Below the pieces are notes generated by a model. The model did no database searches. It saw only the letters and a list, made by a program, of their open reading frames with translations, and was not told the origin of the DNA. Shown piece by piece: positions 26,990 to 42,000 of a DNA stretch of 64,000 bases. A program made the translations under genes and the position numbers. This DNA comes from Octopus sinensis (taxonomy: Eukaryota): contig NC_043014.1 in the NCBI RefSeq assembly GCF_006345805.1, positions 15,934,001 to 15,998,000 of the forward strand, written 5' to 3'. Numbering within the stretch: the stretch's first letter is position 1; each line of letters starts with the position of its first letter.

Positions 26990-28135
26990 ATCATAGTTGC
27001 CACCAGTCTCCAGAAATTCCATCACAGTTGTCACCAATCTTCAGACATTCCATCAGTTGCCACCAGTCTCCAGATGTTCCTTCACAGTTGCCACCAGTCT
27101 TCAGACGTTCCATCACAGTTGTCACCAGTCTTCAGATGTTCCATCACAGTTGCCACCAGTCTCCAGATGTTCCATCACAGTTGTCACCAGTCTTCAGACG
27201 TTCCATCACAGTTGTCACCAGTCTTCAGACGTTCCATCACAGTTGTCACCAGTCTTCAGATGTTCCATTACAGTTGCCACCAGTCTTCAGACGTTCCATC
27301 ACAGTTGTCACCAGTCTTCAGACGTTCCATCACAGTTGTCACCAGTCTTCAGATGTTCCATTACAGTTGCCACCAGTCTTCAGACGTTCCATCACAGTTG
27401 TCACCAGTCTTCAGACGTTCCATCACAGTTGTCACCAGTCTTCAGATGTTCCATCACAGTTGCCACCAGTCTCCAGATGTTCCATCACAGTTGTCACCAG
27501 TCTTCAGATGTTCCATCACAGTTGCCACCAGTCTTCAGACGTTCCATCACAGTTGTCACCAGTCTTCAGATGTTTCATCACAGTTGTCACTAGTCTTCAG
27601 ACGTTCCATCACAGTTGTCACCAGTCTTCAGATGTTCCATCACAGTTGCACCAGTCTCCAGATGTTCCACCACAGTTGCCACCAGTCTCCAGATGTTCCA
27701 TCACAGTTCTCCCCAGTCTTCAGATGTTCCATCACATTTGCCACCAGTCTCCAGATGTTCCATCACAGTTGTCACCAGTCTTCAGATGTTCCATCACAGT
27801 TGCCACCAGTCTCCAGACGTTCCATCACAGTTGTCACCAGTCTCCAGATGTTCCATCACAGTTGCCACCAGTCTTCAGACATTCCATCAGTTGTCACCAG
27901 TCTCCAGATGTTCCATCACAGTTGCCACCAGTCTCCAGATGTTTCATCACAGTTGTCACCAGTCTTCAGACGTTCCATCACAGTTGTCACCAGTGTACAG
28001 ACGTTCCATCACAGTTGTCACCAGTCTTCAGACGTTCCATCACAGTTGTCACCAGTCTCCAGACATTCCATCACAGTTGCCACCCATTTCCAAACGTTCC
28101 ATCATGGTTGCCACCAGTCTCCAGATGATCCACAC
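26990..28135. repeat. 31-bp tandem array (CAGAYGTTCCATCACAGTTGYCACCAGTCTY), ~36 copies
   Basis: Directly visible; all three + frames are open with a 31-aa period. Confidence 0.95.
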
Positions 28136-28592
28136 AGTTGCTACTAGTTTCCTTTAGATATAAAAAAGCCTGAAAATGAAGCAAAATGAGCCTTGTCTTT
28201 CTTCTGAAGTGACCAGTCCTTTGGATGTTTACAACAGGTTAAATTTGTACCATTCTATCACAATTGCCAACAGTTTTCTTTAGATGTCCTGTCACACATT
28301 TTACCAATTTCCAGTCAATGTTCAGTCCACCAGAAGCAGTTTCCATTGTATATTCCATCAGAAAATCATCAAGGAGATTCTACCAAATAGTTATCACCAA
28401 CTTCTCAGGAATGTTCCATCACACAGGTGTCACCAGTCAATTGTAGATGTCATCCTCATCTGCAAATGAAGAACCTGAAAGAAAGACTTGCTAGTTCTCA
28501 TTAGATGTTCCATCACAGCTGCCACCAGTTTCCAGATGTTCCTTCACAACTTTCATTTAGCATTCCGGGGATGCCACCAGCTTCCATTGGAT

Positions 28593-29991
28593 CGGCTTGC
28601 AACTCGGCACCTAGAGGGGCAAGTCGATGCCTTCGGATAGCGTCATGGGATGTTGGACGGAGGGCCCGGTTAAGCTGCTAGGGGTTTGGTTTGACCTGCA
28701 TAGTCAAGAACTGGTCTTGGTGGTGGCTATCCTTGAAAGGGTGGGCGGAGGTGGCCAATGTGTTTATCGCATCGGTCATCATTTACTGCCTAACCGTCGT
28801 GCCCTGTCCCGCTTTGTGGTTGAGCAAGCTGGAGAGGCAGATCTTCCGCTTTTTGCGGAAGGGCACCACTGCTCTTGTGAGGCGTTCTATCTGCTGCCAG
28901 AAGCCGTTGAATGGAGGATTGGGGATGCCTTGGCCGTTGATGCGCAAACATGCACTGAGGTTCAGGCATCTCTGGCTACTCCTGAATGGTGAACAGGTGT
29001 GGTCTCCGTTCGTGAAATGGATGTTTCCCAGGTTCACTAGTTTTAGTGGACAAGAAAGCTGGTTCTTTCGTAGATCGAGGTTGGGTATATGGTTTACGGA
29101 GTGCCGTAAAGCACTCCTACAGTTCCATCACTCAGGTAATGCTAGCGGTTTTGGTACCACCACATTTTTCTATAGCAGGTTGGTAGAGGCTGGGAACAAC
29201 GATACTCTAGGTCTTGGAGATAACCAGTTAGACAGTCTGTTCCGAAGGACGTTCGGGCCAGGTTGTTTGGATAATTTCCCAAAATCCCTGGCCTGGCAAT
29301 GTTACCGAGGAGCCTTACCCATTCGGGATAAGCTCGCACGACATGGTCAAACTACCACTGCCGACTGTCCAAGATGCGGACGGGATAGGAAACTGTCCTG
29401 CATGCTATTGTTCAGTGTCCTGGAGTGTCTGAAGTGTGGGCTTATGCAGAACATGTCAGGTTTGGGAAGAGTACAGCTGTCGTCTGAGTCAATTGTAAAA
29501 ATTGACCTGCCAGATTTCCTCACGAAAGAAAGTAACCAATGTTTTCTCGCTGTAGTAGCAATAGCAAAAGAGGTGGTCTGGAAGTCACGAATGAAAGGTT
29601 TAGCGACAGGCAACCTCATCTCCGGTCTCGGGTTGGTGAGATATTTTATCTTCCACTTTAAAAGGAAGTTGAGGCTGGAGAGAAGATGCCATTCAAAGAA
29701 AATGTTCAAAGAAAGACGGTTGCATGTTGCGAGGGTGCTGGGAATGAAAGATTCCTCGTGAACATGTCATAAGTCTGCATACAAAAGTTTCAGTAGGAGA
29801 ATGGGGCTTGTAGGGTTGGAGCGTAAGCCATCTCTTTGCTTCATTTCATGTTTGTATTTCGTCCTTGTTGTATCTCATTCGATTTCATTATATTTTGTAA
29901 AATTTTAAAAGTCATATAATCATTGTGTGTCTGACCCCAATCAGGCTGTATTGTCCCCCTCTATGTTTGGGCCCTTGTGGCTAATAAAGAA
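28593..29991 (+). mobile_element. 5'-truncated L1/Tx1-clade LINE (ORF2 C-terminal part and 3' UTR) with 7-bp TSD
   Basis: GLQLGT*RGKSMPSD..GPVKLLGVWF; LVRRSICCQKPLNGGLGMP; SLAWQCYRGALPIRDKL; CPRCG zinc-knuckle region. AATAAA at 29983-29988. ATTGGAT duplicated at 28586-28592 and 29992-29998. GC and strand composition differ from the array. Confidence 0.92.
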
Positions 29992-32609
29992 ATTGGATGT
30001 TCTACCACAGTTGTCACAAGTCCTCATTTTATGTTTCAGGACAGCTACCACCAGTCCCCAATAGAAGTTTCATCACAGATGACATACACATGTGCAAAAA
30101 AAATATCTGAAAAGAATTCCTATTCTTTCAGTCTCACAAATTGGCAATGACATGCTAGTCTTTGATAAATGAATATCTTCCAAATGTCCAAATCAATAGT
30201 CATCACAATTCATATCACTGTGCTTTGTGGAGATTTTGTTAACAGCTTTCATCAGGTGTTCTACCACACTTTCAACCAGTCTTTGGTATGTGTTCCATCA
30301 CAATTGTCACCAGTCTCCAGATGATCCCTTAGTTGCCACCCATGTCTGATTCATTAGGTTATCAAAAAGCCTGAAAATGAAGCAGAATGAGTCACTTCTT
30401 TCATCCAATGTCATCAGTCCTGATGATATTTGTAGATGTTTAAGGTAGGTCCATTATAATCATTAGATGCATTCCACTGTAGTTGCATAAAACTTCCATT
30501 ATATGTCCTGACATCTATTTTTACCAATTTCCAGTAGATAATTTTCTATTAGCTAAGACCAGCTTTCACACTGTTTTCCACGGGACAATTTTCTTTAAGG
30601 AGACACAGTCACAATCTTTTCACAATACAATTATCACCAATTTGATGTCAATTATAGATATCATCCTCACCTATAAAAAAAGGACTCAAAGAAACAACTC
30701 GCCTCTGGTTTCATAAAATGACTATGATTTGCCACAATCGCTTCAATGTACATAGATCTGCCTGATATGTTGAGATCATCAGCAATCACGTTTTACAATA
30801 GACATTAATGTGCTGTGTGCAGATCCATTTGTTAGCAGTTTTTATTAGGCATTTCAGAGCCATCACAGCTGTCATTGTGTATTCAATCAGTTACCACCAA
30901 TCTCCATTGGAAGGTCCACCACCTGGTTGCTAATCTGCATTAGCTGTTGCCCTAGTTACCAATCTCCATCATAGTTGCCACCAGTCTCCAGATGTTCCAT
31001 CAAGTCTCTATCATCAATCTCCAAATGATATACCAGCTTCTTGTCAGATTCATTAGATATCTAAAGACCCGAAAATGAAGCAGAATGAGCTACTTTCTGA
31101 GTCACCAGTCCTGTCATATTTGCTGATATTTATGGCAAATCAATCATAACACTGGAAATATTCATTAGTTGTATTCCATCACAACTGCCAACAACTTTCA
31201 TTACATGTTATATCACCCATTTTATCAGTTACCAACAGATAATGTTCAATTAGTCAGCAGCAGCTTCCACATCACCATTACCCTCAGGGGGTTTCCCCAC
31301 ATATACTTGCCACCAATCTGTCAGAAATTTTCCATTACAGTTACCACCAGTTGGTCATCATTACAGATGTCACTTTCAACTGCAAAAGAAGCTACCTGTA
31401 AAAATAAATGCACCAGTCTCCATTAGATGCTCTATCACAATTGCCACCAGCCAACTGCTCCAATGACAACTTCCACCAGTCTCCAGATGCTCCACTACAG
31501 TTCATTAAGCATTTTAGAGACGTCACCAGCCTTCCTTATGTGTTCTATCAAAATTGACATCAGTCTCCATCTGTTCCATCGCAGTTGCCACCAGATTCCA
31601 TCAGATGTTGCATCGCAGTTGCCAGCAAATTCCATCAGATGTTGCATTGCAGTTTCAATCATATGTTGCATCACAGTTGCCACCAGTTACCTTCGGATGT
31701 TGCATCGCAGTTGCCACCGGCCTTCAGATGATACACCACAGGTGTCACCGGCCTTCAGATGATACACCACAGGTGTCACCAGTTTCATGTTGGACACATT
31801 ACAGATGTAAAAACAAAAGTCTGAAGATGAATCAACATGCACCATTTCTTTCCTTCTAAGCCACCAGTCTTGGTGACACTTGTAGATGTTCATGTCAGGG
31901 CAATCATAACTTTGGTAAGAATTAGTTGCATTCCATCTTAACTACCAACAGTTTTTATTAGATGTTCTGTTGGTCAGCACTAGCTTCCACCAATTTGTCA
32001 CAATTGCTTCCATCCAACAATTATCGCCTGTCGATTGTCAATTGCAGATGTCATCCCCATCTGCAAAAGAAAAACACTTCTTTCCACCTCACAAATAGCC
32101 AGTCTCTTCAATATATAAAGCTGTCTCAGATGTTCACAGATTATCATGTTTCACAATAAACATCACTATGCTTTGCTTTTCTAAGCAAATTACACTAGTC
32201 ATTTCAGTGCTGTCATCAGCTCCTATTAGATGTTCTACCAGTCTCCATCACAAGTGCCATTACATTTGGCATCAGTAACCAGATGTTCTATCATTTTGTT
32301 TCCACCATTTTCCAAATTTCCCATAAACGTAGACAATCCATAACACATGTCATTAGTCGCCATTAGAAGTTTCACCACACATATTATTCTCATAGGCAAA
32401 GGAAAGTACATAAAAAGAACTATTCTTTCAGTCACACAAATCAGCAATGACATGCCAGGCTTAACAAAATATAAAGCTGCCTCAGATGTTCAAATCATAG
32501 CAGTTATCACATTTCACAACAGATATTAGTGTGTTATGTGCAAATTCTTTTGATTGCAGCTATCATTAGGCTTTCCGGAGCTGTCACCAGGTTCATTAGA
32601 TGTCCCATC

Positions 32610-34440
32610 ATAGTCGCCACCAGTCTCCACAAGATGTACCATCATAGTTGCCACCAGCCTCCATTAGATGTTCCAACACAGTTGCCACAAGCCTCCATTA
32701 GATGTTCCAACACAGTTGCCACAAGCCTCCGTGAAATGTACCATCAGTTTCCACAAGATGTTCTATCACAGTTGTCACCAGTCTCCACAAGCTGTTCCAT
32801 CGCAGTTGCCAGCCTCCGTGAGATGTACCATCACAGCTGCTACCAGCCTCCATCAGATGTACTATCACCGTTGCTAACAGCCTCCATCATATGTAGCCTT
32901 ACGGTTGACACCAGTCTCAGTAAGATGTACCATCACAGTTGCCACCAGCCACTGTGAGATGTATCATCAGTTTCCACCAGCCTCCATCAGATGTACAATC
33001 AAAGTTGCCACCAGTCTCTGTGAGATGTACCATCATAGTTGCCACCAGCCTCCACAAGATGTTCTATCACAGTCGCCACCAGCCTCCACAAGATGTACCA
33101 TCACAGTTGCCACCATCCTCCGTGAGATGTACCATCAGTTTCCACCAGCCTCCATCAGATGTTTCATCACAGTAGCCACCAACCTCCGTGATATGTACCA
33201 TCAAAGTTGCCACCAGCCTCCACCAGATATTCCATCACACATTCCACCAGCCTCCATTAGATGTTCCAACACAATAGCCACCATCCTCCAGGAGATGTAC
33301 CATCATAGCTGCCATTAGTCTCCACAAGATGTTGCATCACAGTCATCACCAGTCTACATGAGCTGTTCCATCACAATCGCCACCAGCCTCAGTGAGATGT
33401 ACCATCAGTTACCACCATCCTTCATCAGATGTACCATCAAAGTTGATACAAACCTCTGGGAGATGTAACATCACAGTTGCCACCAGCCACTGTGAAATGT
33501 ACCATCACAGTTGCCACCAGCCTCTGTGAGATGTACCATCAGCTTCCGTCAGATGTACCATCACAGTTGCCACCAGCCTCTGTGAGATGTACATCACAGC
33601 TGCCACCAGCCTCCATCAGATGTTTCATCACAGTAGCCACCAACCTCCGTGAGATGTACCATCAGTTTCCACCAGCCTCCATTAGATGTTCCAACACAGA
33701 TGCCACCAGCCTACATCAGATGTACCATCAAAGTTGCTACCAGTCTCTGTGAAATGTACCATCACAGTCGCCACCAGCCTCCACCAGATGTTCTTTCACA
33801 CTTTCCACCAGCCTCCAACAGATGTACCATCAAAGTTGCCACCAGCCTCAATTAGATGTTCCAACACAGTTGCCACCATCCTCCGGGAGATGTACCATCA
33901 CAATTGCCACCAGCCTCCATCAGATGTACTATCACCGTTGCCAACAGCCCCCATCAGATGTACCATCACAGTTGCCACTAGTCTCCACAAGCTGTTCCAT
34001 CAGAGTCGACACCAGTCTGCACGAGCTGTTCCATCACAGTCGCCACCACCTCTGTGGGATGTACCATCACAGTTGCCACCAGCCTCCATCAGATGTACCA
34101 TCACAGTTGCCACCAGCCTCCATCAAATGTTCCAACACAGTTGCCACCATCCTCCGGGAGATATACCATCACAGTTGCCGCCAGTCTCCATGAGATGTTC
34201 CACGACACTTGCCACCAGTATCCACGAGATGTTGCATCAGTTGCCACCAGACTCTGCGAGATGTACCAACACAGTTGCCACCAGCGTCTGCAAGATGTAC
34301 CAACACAGTTGCCACCAGCCTCCATCAGATGTTCCAACTGTCGCCACCAATCCCCACAAGCTGTTTCCATCACAGTCGCCACCCGTTTCCATGAGATGTT
34401 TCATCACAGTTACCACTAGAGATTTTCCACCACAGTTGCC
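32610..34440. repeat. 34-bp (with 31-bp variants) tandem array (CAGATGTACCATCACAGTTGCCACCAGCCTCCAT)
   Basis: Directly visible; moderately diverged copies. Confidence 0.9.
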
Positions 34441-35379
34441 ACCAGTTTTCATTACATATATAAAAAAAGCCTGAAAATGAAGCAAAACATACCACTTCTT
34501 TTCTTTTAAGTCATCAGTCCTGTCAACATTTTTAGGGCAGGACAATTATAACTTTGGTAAGAATTAATTGCATTCCATCAGCATGGCTAGCAGCTTTCAT
34601 TCGGTGTTCTGTCACATTTTTTGCCAAACCTCCACCATATACCCACTGTCAATTTGTCACAATTCTTCCATCATACAGTTGTCACCAGTGTCATCTCATC
34701 TGCAAAAGAAAATATCTGGAGATACTCACCTCTTCTTTCAGTTTCACAAGTTGATAATGATCAGCCACTCTTTTTCAATATATAAATCTCAGAAGTTCAA
34801 ATTATCACCATCACTATGCTATACTGAGATTCTTTTGTAAGTGGCTTCCATTAAATGTTCTACCAGTTTTCACCAGCTTTCATCATGTCTATCATAGTTG
34901 ACACCAGTCTCCAGATGGCCTATGATGCTTGCCATATCTCCATCACAGTCCATCCCAGTTGTTAATCTACAGATGTTCCACCACACTTAATCTCATCTAC
35001 AAAGGAAAATAACTGAAAAGAATCCTTCACCTAGTCTCATAAATCAGTAACAATGTGCCACAGTCACTTCAGTTATGAAGCTGTTTCAAATGTTCAAATC
35101 ATCACCATTGATCTCATTTTACAATAGACACCACAGTTGCAAATCTCCATCAGAAGTTCCACAATTGCCAGTTTCCATCATCAGAAGTTCTATCAGAGTT
35201 GCCAGTCTTCATTATAAGTTCCACCACTGCTGTCATAAGTAACCAGATGTTCCATCAAATGTTGCTTTCTGTTAGTAGATGTTCTATAATTGTTGCTATC
35301 AGTTTTCAGATGTGCCAGAGTTGTCACCAGTCTCCAGATGCTCCATCATTGTTGCCAGATGTTCCATCAAAGTCGTCAT

Positions 35380-36050
35380 CACAGTAGCCACCAACCTCCG
35401 TGAGATGTACCATCAGTTTCTACCAGCCTCCATTAGATGTTCCAACACAGATGCCACCAGCCTACATCAGATGTACCATCAAAGTTGCCACCAGTCTCTG
35501 AGAAATGTACCATCACAGTCGCCACCAGCCTCCACCAGATGTTCTTTCACACTTTCCACCAGCCTCCAACAGATGTACCATCAAAGTTGCCACCAGCCTC
35601 AATTAGATGTTCCAACACAGTTGCCACCATCCTCCGGGAGATGTACCATCACAATTGCCACCAGCCTCCATCAGATGTACTATCACCGTTGCCAACAGCC
35701 TCCATCAGATGTACCATCACAGTTGCCACTAGTCTCCACAAGCTGTTCCATCACAGTCGTTAGTCTGCACGAGCTGTTCCATCACAGTCGCCACCACCTC
35801 TGTGGGATGTACCATCACAGTTGCCACCAGCCTCCATCAGATGTACCATCACAGTTGCCACCAGCCTTCATCAGATGTTCCATCAGTTGCCACCAGCCTC
35901 CATCAGATGTTCCAACTGTTGCCACCAATCCCCACAAGCTGTTTCCATCACAGTCGCCACCCGTTTCCACGAGATGTTTCATCACAGTTACCACTAGAGA
36001 TTTTCCACCTCAGTTGCCACCAGATGTTCTATCACAGTTACCACTAGCCT
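35380..36050. repeat. Duplicate of part of the 34-bp array (offset ~1750 bp from 33630-34440)
   Basis: Shared private variants (atgccaccagcctacatcag, tctttcacactttccacc, aatccccacaagctgtttcc). ORF-track offsets 33686/35437 and 34054/35802. Confidence 0.85.
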
Positions 36051-39000
36051 CCAGATGATCTGTCATAATTGCCACCAGTTTCTTGTCTGATTCATAAGAT
36101 ATTGAAAAACCTGAAAATGAAGCAGAATGAGCAACTTCTTCCCTCCTAAGTCACCAGTCCTATAAATATTTCTAGATGCTTGTGACAGGTCAATCACAAA
36201 TTTGGAAATATTCATTAGTCTCCAGCAGATGCTCCACAAGAGCTGCCACCAGTTTCCATTAGATGTTCCACCACTTAACCTCATCTACAAAGGAAAATAA
36301 CTGAAAAGAATCCTTCACCCAGTCTCATAAATCAGCAACAATGTGCCACATTCACTTCATTTATGAAGCTGTCTCAAATGTTCAAATTATCACCACTGAT
36401 CTCATTTTACAATAGACTTCAGTGCTTTGAGATTTTTTTGTTAGTAGTTTTCATTAGCAATTCCAGGGTTGTTGCCAGCTTCCATTAGATGTACTGCCAC
36501 AGTTGTCACCAGCCTCCTTCAGATGTTCAATCAGTTGCCACCAGTCTCTTGATGGATCTACCACAGTTGCTACAGCTTCCAGATAATCTACCACAGTTGT
36601 CACCAATCTCTTGTCTGAATCATTACATATCAAAAAAACCTGAAAATGAAAAGCCAGTTCTTTTTTCCTGAGATAACTAGCCCTTTCAAGACTTGATTAG
36701 GGCAGGTCCATCATAACTTTCGTAATAACAATGAGTTGCATTCCATTCTAACTGCCACCAGCTTTCATCAGATGTCTGGTCACCCGTTTTACCAATTTCC
36801 AATAGATAATGTTCATTGGTAGACACTATCTGCCACTGTTTTTTAACAGGCAATTATTCTCAAGGAGATTCCACAATTTGTTATACATCTACTAGAGTTG
36901 TCATTCACTGGTTGTCAATTATAAATGTCATCCTTATCTGCAAAAAAAAATACTCAGAAAGAAAACTCACCTCTTCTTTCAGTCTCACAAATCAGCAATG
37001 AGCCAGTTTTGACAATACATAAAACTTGTCTCAGAAGTTCACAAATAATCACATGTTTCACAACAGACAACACTACACTCTATGAATATTCTTTTGTAAG
37101 CAGCTTTCATCAGACATTTCAGCCATCTGCTTACATAATGTTTCATCGCAGTTGCCATCAGTCTCTAGATGTTCAATAGTAGTTGTCATCAGTCTCTAGA
37201 TGCTCAATCGCAGTTGCCATCAGTCTCTAGATGTTCAATAGTAGTTGTCATCAGTCTCCAGATACTCCATCACAGTTGCCAAGAATCTTCAGATGCTCCA
37301 CCAGTTACCACTAGTATCTTGTCTGATTCATAAAGATATCAAATGCCCAAAAATGAAGCAAAATGAACCACTTCTTTCCTCCTAAGTTACCAGTCCTCTC
37401 AACATTTGTAGATGATTAGGACAGGATAATCAACTTTGGTGAGAATCATTGTTGCATTCCATCACAATTGCCTTCAGCTTTCATTAAATGTTCCATTTGT
37501 CACAAACTTATCTCTTCTTTCAGCCTGAAAAATCAGTAACGACAAGCCAGTCTCTGATATATAAAGCTATCTCAGGTGTTCACAAATCATCACCAACCAT
37601 TACATTTCACAACAGACACGGCTATGATATGCAGATTCTTTTGTAAGCAGCTTTCATTGGACATTCAGAGCTGTCATCAGCTTCCACAAGTTGTTCTACC
37701 ACAGTTGTCACCAGTCTCCATCAGATGTTCCATCACAGTTGCCACGTCTCCATCCAGTGTTCAATTGCAGTTGTCACCTGTCTTCATCTGATGTTCCATC
37801 ACAGTTGCCACTCTCCAATAGATGTTTCACTACAGCTGTCAATTTCTAATCAGAATTATATACACAGCTGCCACCAGTTTCTTGTCTAATTCATTAGATA
37901 ATAAAAAGCCTGAAATGAAGCAAAATGAGCCAACTCTTTCTCCTAAAGTTACCACTCCTGTCAACATTTGAATGTTATCCTCATCTGCAAAGTAAAGAAA
38001 AAGTGACTTGTCTCTAGATATTTTTTCACAGTTGCCACCATTCTTCGTAAGATGTTCCATCACAGTTGCAACCAGCTTCCATCAGATGTACCATCAGAGT
38101 TGCTACCAGCCTTCATCAGATGTACCATCAGTTACCACCAGCCTCCATCAGATGAACTGTAACACTTCAAATATTCCATCATAGTTGGCACCAGTCTTCA
38201 TTAGATGTTCTACAGTTGCCTCCAGTTTCTTGTTTCACCAATTACACATACAAAAAAGCCTGAAAATAAAGGAAATCAAACCACTTTTTCTTCCCAAGAC
38301 ACCAGTTCGGTAAACATTTGCAGATTTTAAAAGTTCTATTAGTAGGCACCATCTTCCACTGCATTATCCATCAGAGGTTCCACCAAAGTCACAAATCTTC
38401 CATCATACAACGGTCTCCAGTTGGTTGTCAATTACAGATGTCATGCTTATCTTCAAAAGAAAAACTCACCCACAGCCTCTGCAATATACAAAGTTGTCTT
38501 AGACGTTCAAGTCACCACCAGCCATCAAATTTCATAGTAGACATCACCATTGTACTTGGAGACTTGTTTTATGTATCATCCATGCACTGCCTAAACAAGA
38601 TAAACCTGAAATCAAAAACAAAATGTACCTCCACTTCCATCATGAGCCTGGCAACATCACTATTCACATGTTCCATTACAGCTGTCCAATGTTCCAGTTG
38701 CCATCATTCTCCATTAGATGTTCCATCCCAGTCACCACCAGTTTCCAGTAGATGTTCCATCACAATTGTCACTAGTCTATTGTTTGATTACAGTTGCCAC
38801 TAGTCACCATTAGAAGTTTCTCTCTGTTGCTATCAGTAAACAGATGTCCAATCAGAGTTGCTAGCAGTCACCATTAGAAGTTCCAGCTTGCTTGCCATCA
38901 ATTGTCAGACGCTCCATCACACTTGCCATTAGTCTCCAGATGTTCCACTGTAATTGCCATTAGATGTTCTCCATTAGATGTTCCATTGCAGCTGCCACCA

Positions 39001-42000
39001 GTTCTCATTAGATGTTCCATCCAAGTTGTTGTTAGCCTCCATCAGGTGTACCATCATAATTCCAGCCAATTCTTCTTTTGATATACATTCATAGATGCCA
39101 ACAGCCTCCATCAGATCTTCCATCACAAATGTCTGTCCACAGTTTATCTCACCAATTTACATATACAAAAAAGCCTGAAAATCAAGAAAATCATAGCACT
39201 TCTTTTCCAAGTCACCAGTCCTGTTAAATTCATAGATGTTTAAAAGTAGGTCCATCATAACTTTGGTAGTAATCTAAACTTGCATCCCATGAAAATTGCC
39301 ATCACCCTTTTTACCAATTTCCAGTAAATAAATGTTCTATTAGAAGGCACCATCTTCCACTCTATTTTCCATCAGACAATTTTCCTCATGGAGATTCCAC
39401 CAATGTCATAAATCTTCCGTCATACAGCTGTCTTGGTTGGTCATAAATTACAGACGTCATACTCATCTACAAAAGAGAACTTTAAAAAGAAAAACTTACC
39501 TTTTCTTTCAGTATTGCAAATCAGCAATGATGAACCACAGCCTCTTCAATATACGAAGTTGCCTCAGATGTCCAAATTTTCACCAGCCATCAAGTTTTGT
39601 AGAAAATACCACCTTGGTACTTGGAGATTCTCTTGTTTTATTTATTGCCTGCCAGACAATGGTCACATAACAATAAACCTGAAATTAAAACAAATACCTC
39701 CACTTCCATCATGAGCTTGGTAAAAATCATTTTTCACATGTTCCGCAGGTGCCACCATTCTCCATTAGACATATCATCACAGCTGCTACACGTCCCCATT
39801 AGAAGTTCCATGACGGTTGCCATCATTTTCCAGATGTTCCATCACAGTTGTCACCAGTCTCTTAACCGAATCATTCCATGTCATAAAACCTGAAAATGAA
39901 CCTCTTCTTTCCTCTTAACTTGCCAGTTCTCTTGGAGTGAGACGTCATTCTCATCTGCTAAAGGCAATTCATGGAGAAAAGTCTCCAAGCATTTATTCAG
40001 TTGCCATCAATCATCAGATGTTTCATCGCAGTTGCCACCAGTCTTCATTAGTTGCTCCATCACAGTTGTTACCAGTCTCTATCAGATGTTCCATTACAAT
40101 TGCTAGTCTTAAATGTTCCATCACAGTTGCCTCCAGTTTCTTGTCTCACCAGTCACAGGGACGAAAAAGCCTGAAGATCAAGGCAATCAAACCACATTTT
40201 TCTTCCCAAGTCACCAGTCCTGTTAACATTTGCAGTTGTATATAAACAGGGCCATAACTTTGGTAGTAATCTAAATTTGTATTCTATGAAAACTGCCAAC
40301 AGCCTTTCTACCATTTTCCAGTGCATAAATGTTCTATTAGTAAGCACCATCTTCCACTGTATTATCCATCAGACAATTTTCCACAAAGAAATTCCAAACA
40401 GCTGTCACCAGTTGGTTGTCAATTACAGATGTTATTCTTATCTGCAAAAGAAAACATTTGAAAAGAAAAACTCACCTCTTCTTTTTGTGTCACAAATCAG
40501 CAATAATCTATAGTCTCTGCAATATACTAAGTTGTCTCAGATGTTCAAATCACCATCAATTCTCATTAGATGTTCCAGAGTCTCTACCATTTTTTGTTAG
40601 ACATTCAATCGCAGTTGCCACAAATTTCCATTAGCTGTTCCATTGCAGTTGTCACCACAGATTCAGATCTCCACTAGAAGCTCCAAAGTTGTCACAAGTT
40701 TCTTGTCTGACTTGTTAGATTCTAAAAAACCTGAAATTAAGCAAAACAAACCACTTCTTTCCTCCAAAGTCACCAGTCAACATTTGCAGATGTCCAAAGG
40801 CATGTCTACAGTAACTTCGATAATAATCACTAGTTGCATTCCATCACAACTGCCACCAACTTTCATTACATGGTCTGTCCGCGTTTTGCCAGTTTCCAGT
40901 AGACTGTTCTATCAGTAAGCATAAACTACTGTAGTACATCCTACCAGACAATAATCCTCAAGCAGATTCTACCATATAATCAATTTGTCACAAATATTCC
41001 ATTAGGGAGTTCTCACCAGCTGGTTGTTAATTACAGATGTTATCCTTATCTGTGGAAGAAAAACTCACCTCTTCTTTCAGTCTCACATGATGAACCACAT
41101 TCTCTTCAACATATAAAGCTGTCTCAGAAGTTCACAAATCCTCAACCATCTTGTTTCACAATAGACATCACTGTGCCATGTTGAGGTTCACTTGTAAGCA
41201 GCTTTCATTAAATATTTCAGAGCTGTCATCAGCTTCCATGAGATGTTCTACAACACTTGCCACTAGTCTTCATGTTCCATCACAGTTGCCAGTCACCATC
41301 AGCCTCCAGATGTTCAATAAGTTGGCATCAGTCTCCTGATAATCCACCATAGTCATCACTACTTCCTTGTCCAGTTCATTTGATACAAAAATGTCTTGCA
41401 GATGTGATCCTTATCTGCAACAGAAAATATCTCAAAAGCAAAACTAACCTCTTCTTTCAGTCTCACAAATTGGTAAAAGTGACCAGTCTCCAGACGTTTT
41501 TCAGTTGTCACTCGTTGTTCTGTTACCATTGCCATTAAAGTCCTCATACTCCATGACCATTGCCACAAGTCTCCATTAGAAGTTTCATGACAGTTGCCTT
41601 CAGAAACCAGATGACCCATTACAGTTGCCAGATGTTCTATAACAGCAGCCACCCACATCCATCAGACATTTCATCACTCTCCCAATAGCTTTCCACAGTT
41701 GCCATTAGTTGCTCTATCCTGTTGCCACCAGTCCCAATCAGATGCTTCTTCACTTGCCACCGATGTCCACATCTTCCATGACCATTGCCACCAGTTACCA
41801 TCAGAAACTAGATGTTCCATCAGTTGCCAGATGTTCTATCACAGTATGAACTTTAACCATCAGTTATTCATCACATGTTCTCCATCAGATGTTCCACCAC
41901 AGTTGTCTCCAGTTTCTTGTCTCACCAATCACATAGATGAAAAAGCCTGAAAATAAAGGGAAGCGAACTACTTCTTTCCTCCCAATCAGTTCTGTGAACA

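Noticed and set aside
26414-28135. CRISPR-like array (31-bp direct repeats)
   Set aside because: Repeats are head-to-tail with no unique spacers, there are no cas genes, and the context is eukaryotic.
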